Assembly: GCA_963833575.1 (NCBI GenBank) | Contig: CAWHXY010000006.1 | Span: 1 to 64,000, forward strand | Source of the DNA: Candidatus Bathyarchaeota archaeon | Lineage (GTDB): Archaea > Thermoproteota > Bathyarchaeia > Bathyarchaeales > Bathycorpusculaceae | DNA: 64,000 bases | Direction of reading: 5' to 3' | In this document: in pieces, positions 35,445 to 45,879 of the stretch | Layout: every line of letters begins with the position of its first letter | Position numbering within the stretch: position 1 is the stretch's first letter | The notes under the pieces: model-generated | What the model saw: the letters and a program-made list of their open reading frames with translations, nothing else | What the model was told of the DNA's origin: nothing | Databases searched by the model: none | Translations under genes and position numbers: made by a program

Positions 35445-36698
35445 TTATTCCGCTTTTCTATATCTTAAGAGAGCAGCAAAACCGCCCAAAGCCGTAAGCT
35501 GCGCTTTTTCTTTAGAATCAGTAGATATTACCTCGACTCTTGCGTTTGTCTGTGAAGTCGCATCTTCTAACACGTCTATTATGTCTTTCTCCTCCAATTC
35601 ATAATCAAGGGCGCCGCATTTCTCGCAAGGGCTTGAAATCATTTCCTGCACCGCATGAACTTTATCCGATGTACGAAACATCTGCTCTTTTGATAGCCCG
35701 CATTTTTTACAAACTGCAACAGTTTCGACCATATCTATGGTATCTGTCACTAAAGCAACCTCCACTTCACCCTTTTTAATAGCCATCAACACTGGATCAA
35801 ATCCGTAAATGGCTAAGCCGTCCTGCTTGCCAATAGCTGCCATTAGCCGCTGCACAATTCGCCGCTCATCAGGCGAACACATATTTTGCCGTATCTCAGC
35901 TGATTTATCCAGCATCTCCCTCACGCCATCTTTGCCCGCGGATTGCGTATCAACTACAGTCACAACCGAATTTTGAAGCTCATAATTTAGGTAATCGCCC
36001 CTCAAGAAATCTTCTTTAGTGGTGCCTGGACCACCAACAATTAACGCCGTAACTTTATGGTCTTCGAGAAACGCCTTTGCTGCATGCTCCGCAACCCTGT
36101 GGAAAAAATAGGTGACTGACATATCGCGTTCTCTTTCGTATCTTCTTTGGCTTGACCCGCCTTTACCTGACTTTCCATGAATGCCCGAGGCTATATTTTC
36201 AATTAATTCGAATTGTTCACCTTTGATTATTCCGAAACTGGCCTCCTTTGAATCCACGGCAACAAATCCCACATCTTTTTGGTTTCTCAACATTTCTCGC
36301 AGTAGTTCTAAATGGAAGTGGTCGTCAACTTGGTATAGATAAGTGGTTATTGGCGCTGGCGGGATAACTTCTTCGATACTCAAAACATTGTTTTCTAACT
36401 CACTTGCGAATACCCCAGCAAATATCGCTAGCCCATTGGTGGGAACTTGTTTCTGAAGCTTCAGATACTGAAGTAAATTTTTGGTTGCGTCTTCTATGCG
36501 ATTCTTAACGACTTTAACATTTTGAGAAGTTGTAGAGACGCAGTCAAGCTCTTTTTTGAGGGATGCCACAACCTCATCTATGAACGTCTCATGGGGTATA
36601 TATAACGAAATAAACTCGATTCCTCTTCCCTTTTGCTCAGATATGCATGCTATGAGCTTCCTCAGTTTGTGCTGTTTCACGGAATCAGAAGTTGCCAT
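35445..36698 (-). CDS. peptide chain release factor aRF1 paralog (GGQ replaced by GGS)
   Basis: Three-domain aRF1 architecture (ISLYIP, NGLAIFAG, VGGPG, CxxC..CxxC, LGGFAALLRY) but GKGGSSQRRY and no NIKS. Confidence 0.85.
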   Translation of the reverse strand: MATSDSVKQHKLRKLIACISEQKGRGIEFISLYIPHETFIDEVVASLKKELDCVSTTSQNVKVVKNRIEDATKNLLQYLKLQKQVPTNGLAIFAGVFASELENNVLSIEEVIPPAPITTYLYQVDDHFHLELLREMLRNQKDVGFVAVDSKEASFGIIKGEQFELIENIASGIHGKSGKGGSSQRRYERERDMSVTYFFHRVAEHAAKAFLEDHKVTALIVGGPGTTKEDFLRGDYLNYELQNSVVTVVDTQSAGKDGVREMLDKSAEIRQNMCSPDERRIVQRLMAAIGKQDGLAIYGFDPVLMAIKKGEVEVALVTDTIDMVETVAVCKKCGLSKEQMFRTSDKVHAVQEMISSPCEKCGALDYELEEKDIIDVLEDATSQTNARVEVISTDSKEKAQLTALGGFAALLRYRKAE

Positions 36699-36935
36699 CT
36701 GGCATCCATGAAAATGCAGTATTTCGTTAGCCCCCAAAATTTTACACCTTAACATTCAGTTATAGCGGAACCTAATTTATTAGTTTTCCAGAATTAGAAC
36801 CAATTGTTTTTAACATTAAAGAAATTGCAAACTGGTTTCTTGCAGACTATATTACTATATTATGTGTAAATGGTTTCCATCCAAGCATAATGTTAAAGAG
36901 TTAACAAGTCCAAAAAGAAGCCTATTGCGGTTGTT

Positions 36936-37493
36936 TTGTTAATGAGCGACACCAAAAAAACCCAACCTCCAGAATTCAGGACCAGCGGTACTTTAGCGAA
37001 AAAAGGCGTTGTTGTGGCTGAGCAGAGCAGTATTGATGCACTTACCGCTCGAGGATATGGCACGTTAGAGGATAAGATTTTCAAGCTTACTTTCTTCGAA
37101 GCATTGTACCTAATAGATAAGGGAATGCTTGAAGTCAAAGATGAAAATGGCAAAATTGAAGATTTTCAAAGTTTGCTACACTGCTATGAAACGCAGAATG
37201 AGAATGCTTGGGTAAGCTACATGGTTTACCGTGATTTGAGGAGTCGTGGTTATGTTGCACGGGAAGGGTTTGGAGCTGGAATTGACTTCCGAATGTACGA
37301 ACGTGGAGCTTATGGAAAGGATACTGCGCCGTATTTGGTTTTAAGTATGCAAGAAGGTAAACCTCTCGGCATAGATGAATTAGCAAACGCTACTCAGCAG
37401 TGTCAAAACCAAAAGAAAGAGCTAACCTTAGCTGTCATGAACCGTCGAGGCGAAATAGTCTACTATTCAGTCTCCCAATTAACGTTCAAATAA
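36936..37493 (+). CDS. endA: tRNA-intron endonuclease subunit (probably structural)
   Basis: LTFFEALYL, VYRDLRSRGY, DFRMYERG; the catalytic Tyr/His positions appear substituted. Confidence 0.85.
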   Translation: MLMSDTKKTQPPEFRTSGTLAKKGVVVAEQSSIDALTARGYGTLEDKIFKLTFFEALYLIDKGMLEVKDENGKIEDFQSLLHCYETQNENAWVSYMVYRDLRSRGYVAREGFGAGIDFRMYERGAYGKDTAPYLVLSMQEGKPLGIDELANATQQCQNQKKELTLAVMNRRGEIVYYSVSQLTFK

Positions 37494-37504
37494 AGGTGAA
37501 AAAC

Positions 37505-38305
37505 ATGGTGCATATAGGGTATAATTGGAATGCTCAGGATTACGCCAAAAACAGTCAAAACCAGTTCCAATGGGCTCAAGAGCTAATTCCAAAACTAAAA
37601 CTTAAAGGAAACGAATCATTGCTAGACATCGGTTGTGGCGACGGAAAAATCACTGCCGAACTAGCTCGTTGCCTACCCAAAGGCAGGGTAATCGGAATTG
37701 ACAGCTCAGAAAAAATGATAAATCTAGCAAGAAACAATTTTCCCAAAAAAGATTACCCAAACCTTACTTTCCAAGTAATGGATGCGCGAAAACTAACTTT
37801 CCAATCTGAATTTGACAGGGCATTTTCTACCGCCGCATTACATTGGATTCTTGACCAAAAAGCAGTCCTTGCCGGCGTACAAAAAAGCCTAAAATCGGGC
37901 GGCAGGCTGCTGTTTCAGATGGCTGGAAAAGGCAACGCTAAAGACATACTCAGCCTCATAAACGAACTAATAATTGTAGAGCCATGGAAGGGATTTTTCC
38001 AAGGCATGACGTTTCCCTATGGCTTCTACGACCCAGAAGAATATAATGCGTACCTGCAGCAAGCGGGTCTGTTGACAGAACGGGTTGAACTTTTTCCCAA
38101 AGACATGAAATTTAATGACGCAGAAGGCTTAGCTGGATGGGTACGGACGACATGGTTACCTTTCACCGATCGAATTCCAGCAGAGCTTAAACCAAAATTC
38201 GTAGAACTAATCGTTAACAGCTATCTCCAAAAGCACCCAGCTGACGCGGCAGGCATCATTCATGTTGGAATGATGCGCATAGAAGTACAAGCACACAAAC
38301 CGTAA
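37505..38305 (+). CDS. class I SAM-dependent methyltransferase (Tam-like)
   Basis: WNAQDY, LLDIGCGDG, FSTAALHW. Confidence 0.88.
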   Translation: MVHIGYNWNAQDYAKNSQNQFQWAQELIPKLKLKGNESLLDIGCGDGKITAELARCLPKGRVIGIDSSEKMINLARNNFPKKDYPNLTFQVMDARKLTFQSEFDRAFSTAALHWILDQKAVLAGVQKSLKSGGRLLFQMAGKGNAKDILSLINELIIVEPWKGFFQGMTFPYGFYDPEEYNAYLQQAGLLTERVELFPKDMKFNDAEGLAGWVRTTWLPFTDRIPAELKPKFVELIVNSYLQKHPADAAGIIHVGMMRIEVQAHKP

Positions 38306-38321
38306 AACCAATCTCTGTTTC

Positions 38322-38921
38322 TCATGCACGTTGGTTTTTGTTTTTTCCATTAAAATCGTTTAAGAGGGTTAGTTCGTTTTCTGTGATGCCTGCTTGTCGC
38401 AGTTTGGCGATGCATACGTGGTATTGTTTTTCTGTGAATTTTGTAGGCTTGACGGCTTCACTTGTGGTTGAGCTGGTGAAGTGGTAGGTTTCTTTAGCAG
38501 TTCTACCCTTCTTCAACGTAGAACGCTGTTTTTTGAATCGAATCAGGGAAGGGCAGTCTTCAGTCAGCATACCAAAGGTAGTGTTGGGGAAAAGCCGACA
38601 GCCCTCAGGTCGGATCTCGTAGATGGAGCAAGCCTTGTTAACCAGAAACGGGCATGATACTTGCGCAGTGTGTCGGTCATATTTTGTTTCGTCTGCTTCC
38701 CACATTTTGCCAAGCTCTTCAAATAGGGCTTTTACTTTGGCGTGGACTTGTGGTTGCTCTTCAGGTTTGGCAGAGATTTCCCCCGCAGTCAAGAAATCTT
38801 CCAATTTACAACAAACGCCACATTTGATGCAGGAAAAAGGCAAGTTAATCGACCATTTACTTTTCTTATTTTTGAATTCCAAATGCACATAGAACGTGTC
38901 AATCATGGTCAAACTCCTCAT
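38322..38921 (-). CDS. YkgJ family cysteine-cluster protein
   Basis: CIKCGVCC, CPFL...CSIYEIRPEGCRLFP. Confidence 0.85.
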   Translation of the reverse strand: MRSLTMIDTFYVHLEFKNKKSKWSINLPFSCIKCGVCCKLEDFLTAGEISAKPEEQPQVHAKVKALFEELGKMWEADETKYDRHTAQVSCPFLVNKACSIYEIRPEGCRLFPNTTFGMLTEDCPSLIRFKKQRSTLKKGRTAKETYHFTSSTTSEAVKPTKFTEKQYHVCIAKLRQAGITENELTLLNDFNGKNKNQRA

Positions 38922-39042
38922 CCTATCTTAGTCGGTTAATAATTGTCAATTACTAATTATATAGTTGGTAGATTTTAGCGATAGTTTAATAGAATAATTG
39001 TACCTTCTTAATTGAAGTTTAACAGGCAAGGAGAAAAATTGC

Positions 39043-40317
39043 ATGCCCGCTTTCCAAACGGTTCGTGGAATGAGAGATTTAATCGGTGAAGAAGCACAAA
39101 CCTTCACGTTCATTATCGCTAAAGCGCGAGAAACTGGCCTGCTTTACGGTTACAAAGAAGTAATAACGCCAGTAGTTGAACCGCTTGAACTTTTATCTGC
39201 GAAGTCAGGTGAAGAAATTCGTCAGCGCATGTTTATTTTCAAAGACCTCGGCGACCGCCAAGTAGCTTTGCGACCAGAATTTACTGCTTCAATCGCACGT
39301 CTAGCTACGACAGCTCTAAAAAATGAGCCCAAGCCGCTCAGGCTTTTTTCTGTTGGAAGCGTTTATCGCTATGATGAGCCTCAACGTGGGCGATATAGGG
39401 AGTTTTGGCAGTCAAATTTTGAAATAATGGGTTCGAACAGGCCTGAAGCTGATGCAGAGATCGTTTTGTTAACTAACAGTTTGATGAAAGGTTTAGGCTT
39501 GCAAGGCTATGCTTTCAAAATCGGGCACATAGGTGTTGTACGAGGCATACTTTCCCAAGAGAACGTGGATGAAAAAACCCAGAATGCAATTCTCCAACGG
39601 ATGGATAAGAAGGAGTATGAGGAAGCGTTTAAGCTAGCGCCGACCGACAATTGCCGGCTTGTGCTGGAAGGATTACTGAAACTAAAGGGCAACGATTGTT
39701 TTGAGACAATTGAAAAAATAAAAAACTATGTCGCTGGTTACGAGAAAGCTAAGGCTGCCGCAGAAAACCTTGGCGAAATCCTCAAGCTAATAGTCGAGAG
39801 TGGCTGCCCCGTTCAAGTTGTTGAACCCGCATTTGCCCGTGGCTTAGAATATTATACAGGGATGATTTTTGAAATCTACATTCCCCAATTAGACATTGCA
39901 CTTGGCGGTGGAGGCAGATATGATAGGCTTATCGAATTATTTGGCGGGGAACTGACGCCGGCGGTTGGTTGTGCACATGGGATTGACCGTGTTGCACTTG
40001 CCCTGCAAACGCAAAAAACAGAAATCGCAACTAAGGGCGAAAAGAGAATTCTTGTTCTCTCGGTGAATGATGCTTTAAAAGTTCAGGCACTAAAGATTGC
40101 TCAAATACTCAGGGCCTCGGGAGTTATTGTGGAGTTCGAAATTATGGGTCGAAAGATGGCGAAGGCGCTGGAAGATGCGGATAAACGAAAAGTCGACTAT
40201 GCCGTGATTGTTGGCGAACGGGAGTTAAAAGAAAGCGGTGTGATGTTGAGGAATTTAGCGAAACGAGAACAAACAATTGTTCCGATTAAAGAATTATCAG
40301 AAAAAATCAAAAGTTAA
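39043..40317 (+). CDS. hisS: histidine--tRNA ligase
   Basis: RGMRD, LRPEFTASIAR, YRYDEPQRGRYREFWQ, RGLEYYTG, GGGRYD. Confidence 0.97.
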   Translation: MPAFQTVRGMRDLIGEEAQTFTFIIAKARETGLLYGYKEVITPVVEPLELLSAKSGEEIRQRMFIFKDLGDRQVALRPEFTASIARLATTALKNEPKPLRLFSVGSVYRYDEPQRGRYREFWQSNFEIMGSNRPEADAEIVLLTNSLMKGLGLQGYAFKIGHIGVVRGILSQENVDEKTQNAILQRMDKKEYEEAFKLAPTDNCRLVLEGLLKLKGNDCFETIEKIKNYVAGYEKAKAAAENLGEILKLIVESGCPVQVVEPAFARGLEYYTGMIFEIYIPQLDIALGGGGRYDRLIELFGGELTPAVGCAHGIDRVALALQTQKTEIATKGEKRILVLSVNDALKVQALKIAQILRASGVIVEFEIMGRKMAKALEDADKRKVDYAVIVGERELKESGVMLRNLAKREQTIVPIKELSEKIKS

Positions 40318-40349
40318 AAAACGATTAGACTGCACAAAATATCCAGCTG

Positions 40350-40658
40350 CTACTTTAGCTCCACAACAAGCAGATCAATTACTGTGCCACCGATGTTTGT
40401 AACTTCATGGTCTTGTTCATCTAAGAAAACCGCTTTGCCTTCTACTAAATTCATTTCTTGAGTTTTTCCCTGAGAAGTAAATTTCGCGATACCGCCTTTC
40501 AGTACATACGCCATGTGTTGCGGATGATGATGCATTTTAGCAGTGTCACCTGGGTTGAAAGTGACTTTTAGCACACGCATTCGGTCATTTTCATTAATAA
40601 AAGCGTAAACGTTTGGAGCGGCAACTAAAGGGTCAGATTGCTTTTTCATTTCCGTCAT
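40350..40658 (-). CDS. cupin domain protein
   Basis: PGDTAKMHHHP...HEVTNIG. Confidence 0.85.
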   Translation of the reverse strand: MTEMKKQSDPLVAAPNVYAFINENDRMRVLKVTFNPGDTAKMHHHPQHMAYVLKGGIAKFTSQGKTQEMNLVEGKAVFLDEQDHEVTNIGGTVIDLLVVELK

Positions 40659-40770
40659 TAAAATTACCTCTAATCAAAGTTAAGTATTCTACGAAATAAG
40701 ACATTGTGACTGCATCTTGAAATAACATTAAACAGATAAAAACAAAGAAAGAAAAATAAGCCGTTTGGGC

Positions 40771-42135
40771 TTAGAGTCGTTTTATGTAGCGGTTGACTTC
40801 CCACTCGGTCACTTGGGTGCGATAGAGATCCCATTCTCTACGTTTTTCAGTCAAGAAGTTGATATATGCTGTTTCGCCAAGTGTTTCGCGTATTAAATCG
40901 CTGGTTTCCAACTCATCTAGCGCTTCTTTCAGTGATTCTGGCAACGAAACGATGTTTCGTTCCTTACGTTCTTCATATGTCATGTGGTAAACGTTTAGCT
41001 CCACTGGATCGCCTGGGTCAATTTGGTTTCTAATACCATCTAACCCAGTTGCTAGTAACACTGCAAATTGTAGGTATGGGTTTCCTGCGCCGTCTGGGCA
41101 TCGGATTTCGCATCTTGCTGCATTTTTTCTTCCGCCAAAGTTTGGAACACGAATAAGCGGTGAACGATTTTTGTGTGCCCAAGCAAGATATACTGGTGCT
41201 TCGTAGCCGGGGACTAATCGTTTGAAGCTGTTTGGCCATGAATCAAGGATTGCGCACATTTTTCGACCGTGAGCTAGTTGTCCACCGATAAAGTTTCTTG
41301 CCAAATCTGAAAGGTATCCGTTCTTTTCATCGTCTTCATAGAAGAGGTTTTGAGATACATTTTTGTTCCAAAGGCTCATGTGAGTATGCATACCTGAACC
41401 ATTTATGCCCGCAAATGGCTTAGGCATGTATGTGGTGATGTAGCCGTTTCGAGCACCGACTACTTTTCCACACATTTTCATTGTAATCGTTCTGTCAGCT
41501 GTTTTCAATGCTTCGTCATATTTGAAGTCAATTTCGTTTTGGCCAAGTGCAACTTCGTGATGTGAAATCTCTATTTCTATTCCGAAAGCTTCGGCAGTAT
41601 CAGCAATTTCTCGCCGCAAGTCGTCTGTTAAGTCACCTGGGTGAAAATCGAAGTAGCCAGCCATGTCTATTGGTGTGGGCAAGCCGCCAGTTTCGCTTTC
41701 TTTTACTATGAAGAATTCTAGTTCAGGAGCGCAGATGAATGTGTAACCTGCTTTTGCTGCTTTCTCTACAGCTCGTTCAAGAACGAATCGTGGATCTCCG
41801 TCAAAGCGTTTATTCTGCGGAGTGTAGATGTCGCACAGTAACCTTGCGGAAGATTTTTCTTTTGGTCGCCAAGGTAAAACCGCAAATGTAGTTGGGTCTG
41901 GGTACAGCACCATGTCTGATTCTTCAATTGGTCTATAGCCTGTTATAGAAGAACCATCGAAGGATTGGCCATTTTCAAAAATGGTTTCAATGTTTTTTGC
42001 GCTTACTGCTAAATTCTTTAGCATACCATTAATGTCGGTAAATTGAAGTCTGATGAATTTTATTTCTTGTTCTTGTATTTGCTGAATTACTTTTGTAACA
42101 TTTTCTTTCCATGTCGCGTCTTTGAAATTTTTCAT
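40771..42135 (-). CDS. glnA: glutamine synthetase type I family
   Basis: FDGSSI, PELEFF, HHEVA, NGSGMHTH, KRLVPGYEAP, NRSPLIRVP. Confidence 0.92.
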   Translation of the reverse strand: MKNFKDATWKENVTKVIQQIQEQEIKFIRLQFTDINGMLKNLAVSAKNIETIFENGQSFDGSSITGYRPIEESDMVLYPDPTTFAVLPWRPKEKSSARLLCDIYTPQNKRFDGDPRFVLERAVEKAAKAGYTFICAPELEFFIVKESETGGLPTPIDMAGYFDFHPGDLTDDLRREIADTAEAFGIEIEISHHEVALGQNEIDFKYDEALKTADRTITMKMCGKVVGARNGYITTYMPKPFAGINGSGMHTHMSLWNKNVSQNLFYEDDEKNGYLSDLARNFIGGQLAHGRKMCAILDSWPNSFKRLVPGYEAPVYLAWAHKNRSPLIRVPNFGGRKNAARCEIRCPDGAGNPYLQFAVLLATGLDGIRNQIDPGDPVELNVYHMTYEERKERNIVSLPESLKEALDELETSDLIRETLGETAYINFLTEKRREWDLYRTQVTEWEVNRYIKRL

Positions 42136-42370
42136 TTTCTTTCACCTAACGTTAAGCGTTTGATTAACTGTTTAGTTAATAGGGCTCTTTGGGTAAATAT
42201 ATCTAATGTTTAGCAACCGTCTCGGAGAAACTCATATTTTTACAAAATATCTTATTTTCTTCAGACGCGCAATGTAGCCATTTTCTAAAATTACGAATTC
42301 AACTCGAAATAGCAAGGCTTAAAGAGGAAACAGCTGTTAGAGAGATAACTGGTGAAGACAAATAAGTTAC

Positions 42371-42685
42371 TTGAAAATTATACAAAAAATCTCTTTAATC
42401 TCAGGGATTGTGTTCATAATATTTGCAGCGATCGTTGCAGTCTTAAGTTACGAAATAGATATTCTTCAGTACACTTCTGCTGCCCCCGCCAACTTCATTC
42501 GACTAAGCGTCGTCGGCACAATGATGCCTTACCTGGTTTCTGCTGTTGTGTCATTCGTAGTTGCATTTTTGACGGCGAACGCAATAAAACCTGCAGATGA
42601 AAAAATACTAGAAACTCAGATGGAAACTAAGCCCAAACAAGAAACCGACCCCGAAAAGACAGCCCAAGAAATTGAAACTGCCTAA
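42371..42685 (+). CDS. two-TM membrane protein
   Basis: Two hydrophobic helices, acidic tail. Confidence 0.6.
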   Translation: MKIIQKISLISGIVFIIFAAIVAVLSYEIDILQYTSAAPANFIRLSVVGTMMPYLVSAVVSFVVAFLTANAIKPADEKILETQMETKPKQETDPEKTAQEIETA

Positions 42686-42781
42686 ACCTCTTCAATTTAT
42701 TTTACTTTTTTTAGAAAGCGCTACATTATTTTTGTCCTTTTATCTTTTCCTAAAAGAAAGAGAAGAAGAGAAATACTCGAC

Positions 42782-44257
42782 TTAGTAGTCGAGGTACTTC
42801 ATTATTTCCCAAGGTGATACGTATAGACAGTATTGGTTCCAATCATTCGTTTTTAACTCAATAAACGCCTCGAACACATGGTTGCCAAGTGTTTCTTTAA
42901 TGAGTTCGTCGCCTTCCATTTCATCTAGTGCGTCTTTGAGTGTAGTTGGAAGTTCTTGTATGCCTAATTCTTTGCGTTTTGCCTTGCTGAGTTTGTAAAC
43001 GTCTTCGTCTACTGGATCGCCTGGGTCAAGTTTCTTTTTGATTCCGTCAAGACCAGCTTTCATGATGCATGCGAATGCTAAGTATGGGTTGCATGATGGG
43101 TCTACGCCTCTGTATTCAACTCGTTTCTGTGCAGCAAAGCCTGCTCCCTTGTAGTACAAGGGTATTCTTGCGAGGGATGATCGGTTGCGTCGACTCCACA
43201 TAACGTAGATTGGTGCTTCAAATCCTGGTACGAGTCGTTTGTAGCTGCTTACGGTTGGGCAACATATTGCGGTTAATGCTTTTGCATGGGCTAAGATTCC
43301 GCCTACGTAGTACCTGCCAATTTGGCTTAGTTCTGCGTATTCGTCTTTTCCATCGTACATAATGTTCTTTCCGTCTTTCCAGAGGCTGGAATGGACGTGC
43401 ATACCGCTTGCGTTATCTAAGTAAATGGGTTTAGGCATGAATGTAGCGATTAAACCATACTTTTTCGCAATGTTTTTGGCAACGAACTTGAAGAATAAAG
43501 CTCTGTCCGCTGTTTCCAGAAGTTCACCGTATTTATAGTCAATTTCAACTTGGCCAACTGTGGCAACTTCATGGTGGTGCTTTTCAATTGTTAATCCAAA
43601 GTTATCTTCCAATACTTGAGAGACTTCATTTCTGTACGCAACAGTTGTGTCTTCTGGTGGAGTCCTGTAGTATGCTTCTTTGGGTCTTAAGATGAAACCG
43701 CCTGGTTTAATTTCTGGCGATTCAGGAACAACGCGTGGTGCTCCCCATGCGTCGCCTTCACCGCTTTTTGGCGCAGCCCAAAGATCCCATGTTAATTTGG
43801 TGGGGTCGATTGAAGTGAAAACGAAGTGTTCTAGTTCAGGTGCGAATATGCCTGTGTAGCCCATGTCTTTGGCTGCTTTTATTGCTCGTTTTGCTACGTA
43901 GCCTCTTGGGCAGGTAACAGAGGGTTCTTTTCCGCCGAATGCTTCTTGGGCATCGCCTAATATTATTGCGCTTTTCTGTAATTCATCGGTTACCCATGGC
44001 ATAATTGAGAGTGTTTTTGCATCAGGCATAAAGATCATGTCTGATTCTTCGATAGATTTGAAGCCGCGAACTGAGGATCCGTCAAAGCCTATGCCTTCCG
44101 TAAAGGCAGCGCCGCTTAGATATTCTCTAGCTGGAAGAACCATATCTTGGAGGATTCCTCGGACATCGACAAATGCTGAGTGCACCCATCGAATATTGTT
44201 TGATTTGAGAGTTTCAATTGCTTTCTTTACTTGTTCATCCACCATGACTTTCACCAT
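42782..44257 (-). CDS. glnA: glutamine synthetase type I
   Basis: FDGSSV, HHHEVAT, MPKP...NASGMHVH, KRLVPGFEAP, NRSSLARIP. Confidence 0.93.
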   Translation of the reverse strand: MVKVMVDEQVKKAIETLKSNNIRWVHSAFVDVRGILQDMVLPAREYLSGAAFTEGIGFDGSSVRGFKSIEESDMIFMPDAKTLSIMPWVTDELQKSAIILGDAQEAFGGKEPSVTCPRGYVAKRAIKAAKDMGYTGIFAPELEHFVFTSIDPTKLTWDLWAAPKSGEGDAWGAPRVVPESPEIKPGGFILRPKEAYYRTPPEDTTVAYRNEVSQVLEDNFGLTIEKHHHEVATVGQVEIDYKYGELLETADRALFFKFVAKNIAKKYGLIATFMPKPIYLDNASGMHVHSSLWKDGKNIMYDGKDEYAELSQIGRYYVGGILAHAKALTAICCPTVSSYKRLVPGFEAPIYVMWSRRNRSSLARIPLYYKGAGFAAQKRVEYRGVDPSCNPYLAFACIMKAGLDGIKKKLDPGDPVDEDVYKLSKAKRKELGIQELPTTLKDALDEMEGDELIKETLGNHVFEAFIELKTNDWNQYCLYVSPWEIMKYLDY

Positions 44258-44413
44258 GATAATTCATATGTTTGAGAATCCACTTAAAACATAAACATAT
44301 ATAAGTTTATCCCTCAAATGTTTGAATGAACGTTCACTCAATAAAACTGATTTTTATGACAATAAACACATATCAAAAGTAGACACGTGAAAAAAAATCC
44401 AAATTTGAAAAAG

Positions 44414-44887
44414 CTAAAACCTGTCTCTTGTTTCTCTGCGCAAAAAGTCGCCTGCATCCAACACGTTCTTAATTGCAACTTTCCCTTCAGACACATTTGA
44501 CCCAGCAAGTATCTTTCCAAAGCCCAGACATTCTCCAAACTCATTTAGCACCAAAGTATCATCACCTTTCCGTTTGGAACCCATTACTTTAACTATGCCT
44601 GTTCGAAAAACATCTCTTCCGCAGATAAAGAGCCAGGCTGCTTTTTGGTCAACAACGATTTTGTTAGCTGCTACACTAACAAGCATGTTGAGCAGATTGA
44701 AGCTTGGAAAGAACATACCGTTTTTTACTTTGCCAAGGTATAACCCAGCATAATAATAGTTAACTTGCAATTCCTTCTTTAGACGTGGGCTCAAAAGATA
44801 ATAACGTTGATTCTTTTCAACAACCAATTCAGAATTAAAGGCAACTCCGCAACCGAAACGGGAGGCAAAAACTTCATACGGCTTCAT
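44414..44887 (-). CDS. NIP7-like PUA domain protein
   Basis: AWLFICGRDVF, VLNEFGECLGFG, DAGDFLRRE; coupled to NOP2. Confidence 0.8.
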   Translation of the reverse strand: MKPYEVFASRFGCGVAFNSELVVEKNQRYYLLSPRLKKELQVNYYYAGLYLGKVKNGMFFPSFNLLNMLVSVAANKIVVDQKAAWLFICGRDVFRTGIVKVMGSKRKGDDTLVLNEFGECLGFGKILAGSNVSEGKVAIKNVLDAGDFLRRETRDRF

Positions 44888-45771
44888 TGTGCTTCGACCT
44901 TTTTTAGTTTACACACAAAGAAGCCCTGCGTATCTTTTGGCCAGATTCGTCTAGAAAATCCTACTTCGGAATCAAGTTTTTTGCCGAAAACCTCGGTAAG
45001 CCCGTCCACGCCTAAGCAATTAGTTTTCTGAACTTGTAGCCCCAGGTTTTTGACTGCCCAGTCTATGTTTAACTCGTCTTCTTCGGGCTCTAACGAGCAG
45101 GTAGAATAAACAATTTCGCCATTCACGGCTAAACACTTGACTGCTTCTGCCAGAATTTCCTTTTGTACCTTTGCATTTCTCTCTACATCTGCAAGGGTTC
45201 TTCGGCTGAACCATTCACTATCGGAAGCAAAGTTTCCTGAGCAGGGAACATCCAACAATATACGATCAAATGTGCGATTTAGCTTTGTAGCTTGTCGAGC
45301 ATCCAAATTGTAAACGATTGTGTTATTGATGTGGCATCGTTCTAAATGGTTTGCCATGACGCCCAAGCGCTCCTTATTAACATCTAAGGCTGTTATGACT
45401 CCGCTGTTTTCCATCAAGTCGGCCAGTTGAACGGTTTTTCCTCCTGGCGCTGCAGAGTCATCCAGAACCATTTTGCCATGCAAAGCGGTGAAAAGTGTGG
45501 CGGGAATTTGAGCGGCAGCTTCCTGAATAGAGTACAGTCCAAGCAGATATTCGGCTGTTGCTCCTGCTGAAGCTTTTGATTTAACTACCCAATATCCTGC
45601 TTGCAAAAAAGGCACTTTCTCAAGCTCAACACCTAAACTGCGAAGCCTTTCAGGGATTTTTTTGGCTTTTGCGTTAATTTGGTTTACCCTAATTGAAAGT
45701 TTGGGCTTAGGTTCTTCGAAGTCCCAACCAAGTTGGACATAACGATCTAGGAAAAATTGTTTGCCAGACAT
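44884..45771 (-). CDS. RsmB/NOP2 family RNA m5C methyltransferase
   Basis: AAPGGKT, DRILLDVPCSG, VYSTCSLEPEE. Confidence 0.9.
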   Translation of the reverse strand: MSGKQFFLDRYVQLGWDFEEPKPKLSIRVNQINAKAKKIPERLRSLGVELEKVPFLQAGYWVVKSKASAGATAEYLLGLYSIQEAAAQIPATLFTALHGKMVLDDSAAPGGKTVQLADLMENSGVITALDVNKERLGVMANHLERCHINNTIVYNLDARQATKLNRTFDRILLDVPCSGNFASDSEWFSRRTLADVERNAKVQKEILAEAVKCLAVNGEIVYSTCSLEPEEDELNIDWAVKNLGLQVQKTNCLGVDGLTEVFGKKLDSEVGFSRRIWPKDTQGFFVCKLKKVEAQ

Positions 45772-45879
45772 CAACTCTACATTGCGATTAACGTAATAAA
45801 AACCTTTCAACAAAGATTTAGGAAAGTTCAGAACTGAAGTAAAATTGATTGCCGTCTGATTTTGCCGACATCACAAGTT

